Shown in pieces: positions 61,848-64,000 of a stretch of 64,000 nucleotides of DNA. The stretch is from the NCBI GenBank assembly GCA_043228905.1, contig JBHGNT010000016.1:4030001-4094000 (forward strand), read 5' to 3'. Under the pieces are notes generated by a model. It searched no databases. It was not told the DNA's origin and worked only from the letters and a program-made list of their open reading frames with translations. The position numbers and the translations under genes are program-made. Source of the stretch: Azolla caroliniana (taxonomy: Eukaryota > Plantae > Polypodiophyta). Numbering within the stretch: position 1 is the first letter of the stretch; every line of letters starts with the position of its first letter.

Positions 61848-63814
61848 ATGGGTGTGGAGGTGATCCTTTCTCTGCAACCTCTTTCGCCCACAAATAATCC
61901 CTCACGCCGCCATGGATCCTCGTCTTCCTGCACCCTCCGCTTTGCCTTACTCCTCTCCCGTACGCCAAGCCTCAACCTTTTCCATCCTGATCTGCCCCCT
62001 CGATCACCTAGGATGCATGAATTTCGTGAGCTGCAGGCTTCTGCTTCCGCCTCATCCCACGCGTTCTCTAACCCTAATCATAACTCTGGGGGCGACCCTG
62101 ACTCTCAGAAGCTGCTCCAAAACTTCCTTGATCGGGAAGTCCTCCCTCGCGATGAGCAACTATGGCGGAACCGAGATCAATCTGTCATCAATTCTGATTC
62201 TTCAGTGGAAGGTTGCCGAATCGAGGTGCAGAATAGGGATAGCAGATCGAGACCAAGGTCAGGCCAGAGACAGGGAAACATTAATAGAATAAACCTTGAA
62301 CAGGGGAGTTCTGTTGCATATGCCACTTCATCGGGATTGCCCTTCTCTTTGCGGATGCTAAAACGCAAGCAAAAGAGCAGTAGGCATGACCAAGGTGCGT
62401 CAGAATCGCCCAAATCCAGCTTTGTTTCAGGTGTAAATCAGCTCGGAAGCTCGCTCGTCAATGCTTTCTCATCCATGGTTTTCATGGTGAGGACCCTTCA
62501 GAGCCACACACTGCAGATCCACCAACAGTTCTGTCAGCGTGACGTAGAGGGTCTCTTGAATCAGGTGCATCGAGAGATGCATTCCTCTTTCTTATGGCTC
62601 TTTCAGCAGGTCTTCTCGTGCACGCCACAGCTTATGGTGCTAATTATGATCCTGCTTGCCGATTTCACTGTATTCTCTATGTCTAACAATCTTCCCATGT
62701 CCATCTCCATGTCGGAACTTCACAATCCTGGTGTTGTCTGGGCTCAACCTGCTACTCTTACATCATTCGGGAGTGATTTCTATGAGTCCCCACAATCTTC
62801 CCCCTCTTCCTCTTCCTCTTCCTCTTCACCTTCTCTTAATATTGACACTGCATGTCAATATGGAGACAGTGGGTGGATCGGAACGGGAGGTGGAGGTGGG
62901 AGGATTAGTGGGCCAAGAGTTGCAGGAGGGGCAGATGGTGATCCGGATTCTAAATTCCCATTGAATAAGAATACTGTCCCTGCCAGATACACTGCGGATG
63001 ATAAATTCCCCAGGGATCTCACCTCTGCAATGGTAACATCTTCCATCACTCCCAAAGATGCGAGATTCGCATCATCAAACAACCCACAATCCTCATTTGA
63101 AGAGGACATATCATTGTCCGGATCGGACATGTCTGCCAGCATGGCGGCTGCTGCACATGCCTTCGATGAGCTTTGCTCGGTTGAGTTTGACGATTTGGAT
63201 GAGAAAGCTACAGTTCTAGCGCTCAGTAAAGATGTAACATCAAGCTTTTCAAACCATGTGTCCCTAGATCGAGAAACCATGAAAAGATTTGTGGCTCCGT
63301 TTACTGTTCGGACGGAAGATGATAGCTACTCTTGCTATGATCGGACCGATCTGTCTTATCAGTATGCTATTAGCAAGGATTCCACAAACACTATGTTACT
63401 CGCAAATTATGCCCAATTCCTCTTTCTGGTGCGGAAAGACCATGATAGGTTTGTGCTATGTGTCCTCCATCCATGGTTTAGCCCAGGAAGACAGTTTTTT
63501 TCAAGACAAAATGGAATTAACACACTTTATAGTGAATTTTTGATCCCCTGGTAGATCAAATTGTCAGGTGTTTTGAGTTTTTAATGGAAATTTCTTTTTG
63601 TTTTTCTTCCAGAGCGGAGGAACTATTTCGGAGAGCTGTGCAAAGCGATCCAACCGATGGGAATGCCATCACCCGTTTTGCATCGTTTTTATGGTTAGCC
63701 CGGCACAATCTTCAAGGAGCCGAGAAGGCATACCGTGCGGCAATTAGTTCAGACCCAGGGAACTCATATTATGCAGCAAATTATGCTCATTTTCTATGGA
63801 CGTCGAACCACTAG
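61848..63814 (+). CDS. Plant TPR-like superfamily protein; exons 61848-63448 and 63613-63814
   Basis: MGVEV start, LPFSLRMLKRK, AFSSMVFM, C-terminal TPRs (LLANYAQFL, AEELFRRA, YAANYAHFLW); GT-AG intron splits the Arg codon in frame; resembles the Arabidopsis AT1G07280/AT2G29670 family from memory. Confidence 0.88.
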
Positions 63815-64000
63815 CCCTGAGTGTAAAGTTTGAATGTAAATTTGGTTGAAACTGGATTTAAGGGGGCATGTATAGGTGCATTCTGAAAATTTTGTGTGTA
63901 CTGATACAGAATATACCCTCATTGTCCACCTTATATTAATATGTTGTGTGTGTGTATATATTATATATATGTATCAATTTATGAGTGAAAATCAAGAGAT

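Overview
Land-plant nuclear DNA (spliced genes, plant tRNA and retroelement families; a non-seed plant such as a fern is a guess). Two host genes bound the window: a 5-exon CYP72-clan cytochrome P450 (385-2760, minus) and a 2-exon TPR protein gene (61848-63814, plus) with a G-box cluster and a uORF. Most of the ~54 kb between them is a head-to-tail array of tRNA-Ala(AGC) genes and pseudogenes (about 33 full-length copies plus fragments, all minus strand, ~520-bp monomer) and the elements inserted into it. The array core is ~9.6 nearly identical copies of a 1034-bp dimeric higher-order unit, with older diverged monomers on both flanks. Insertions include a plastid atpB fragment, a solo LTR, a TIR element, three tRNA-Trp-primed Gypsy elements, three Copia elements (one intact and young) and two LINEs. 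Two candidate recoding signals stand out. One is a GGAUUUU -1 frameshift site with a covarying pseudoknot between Gypsy protease and RT. The other is a single in-frame UGA-CGG stop between LINE ORF1 and ORF2. All coordinates and alignments were read by eye; no searches were run.
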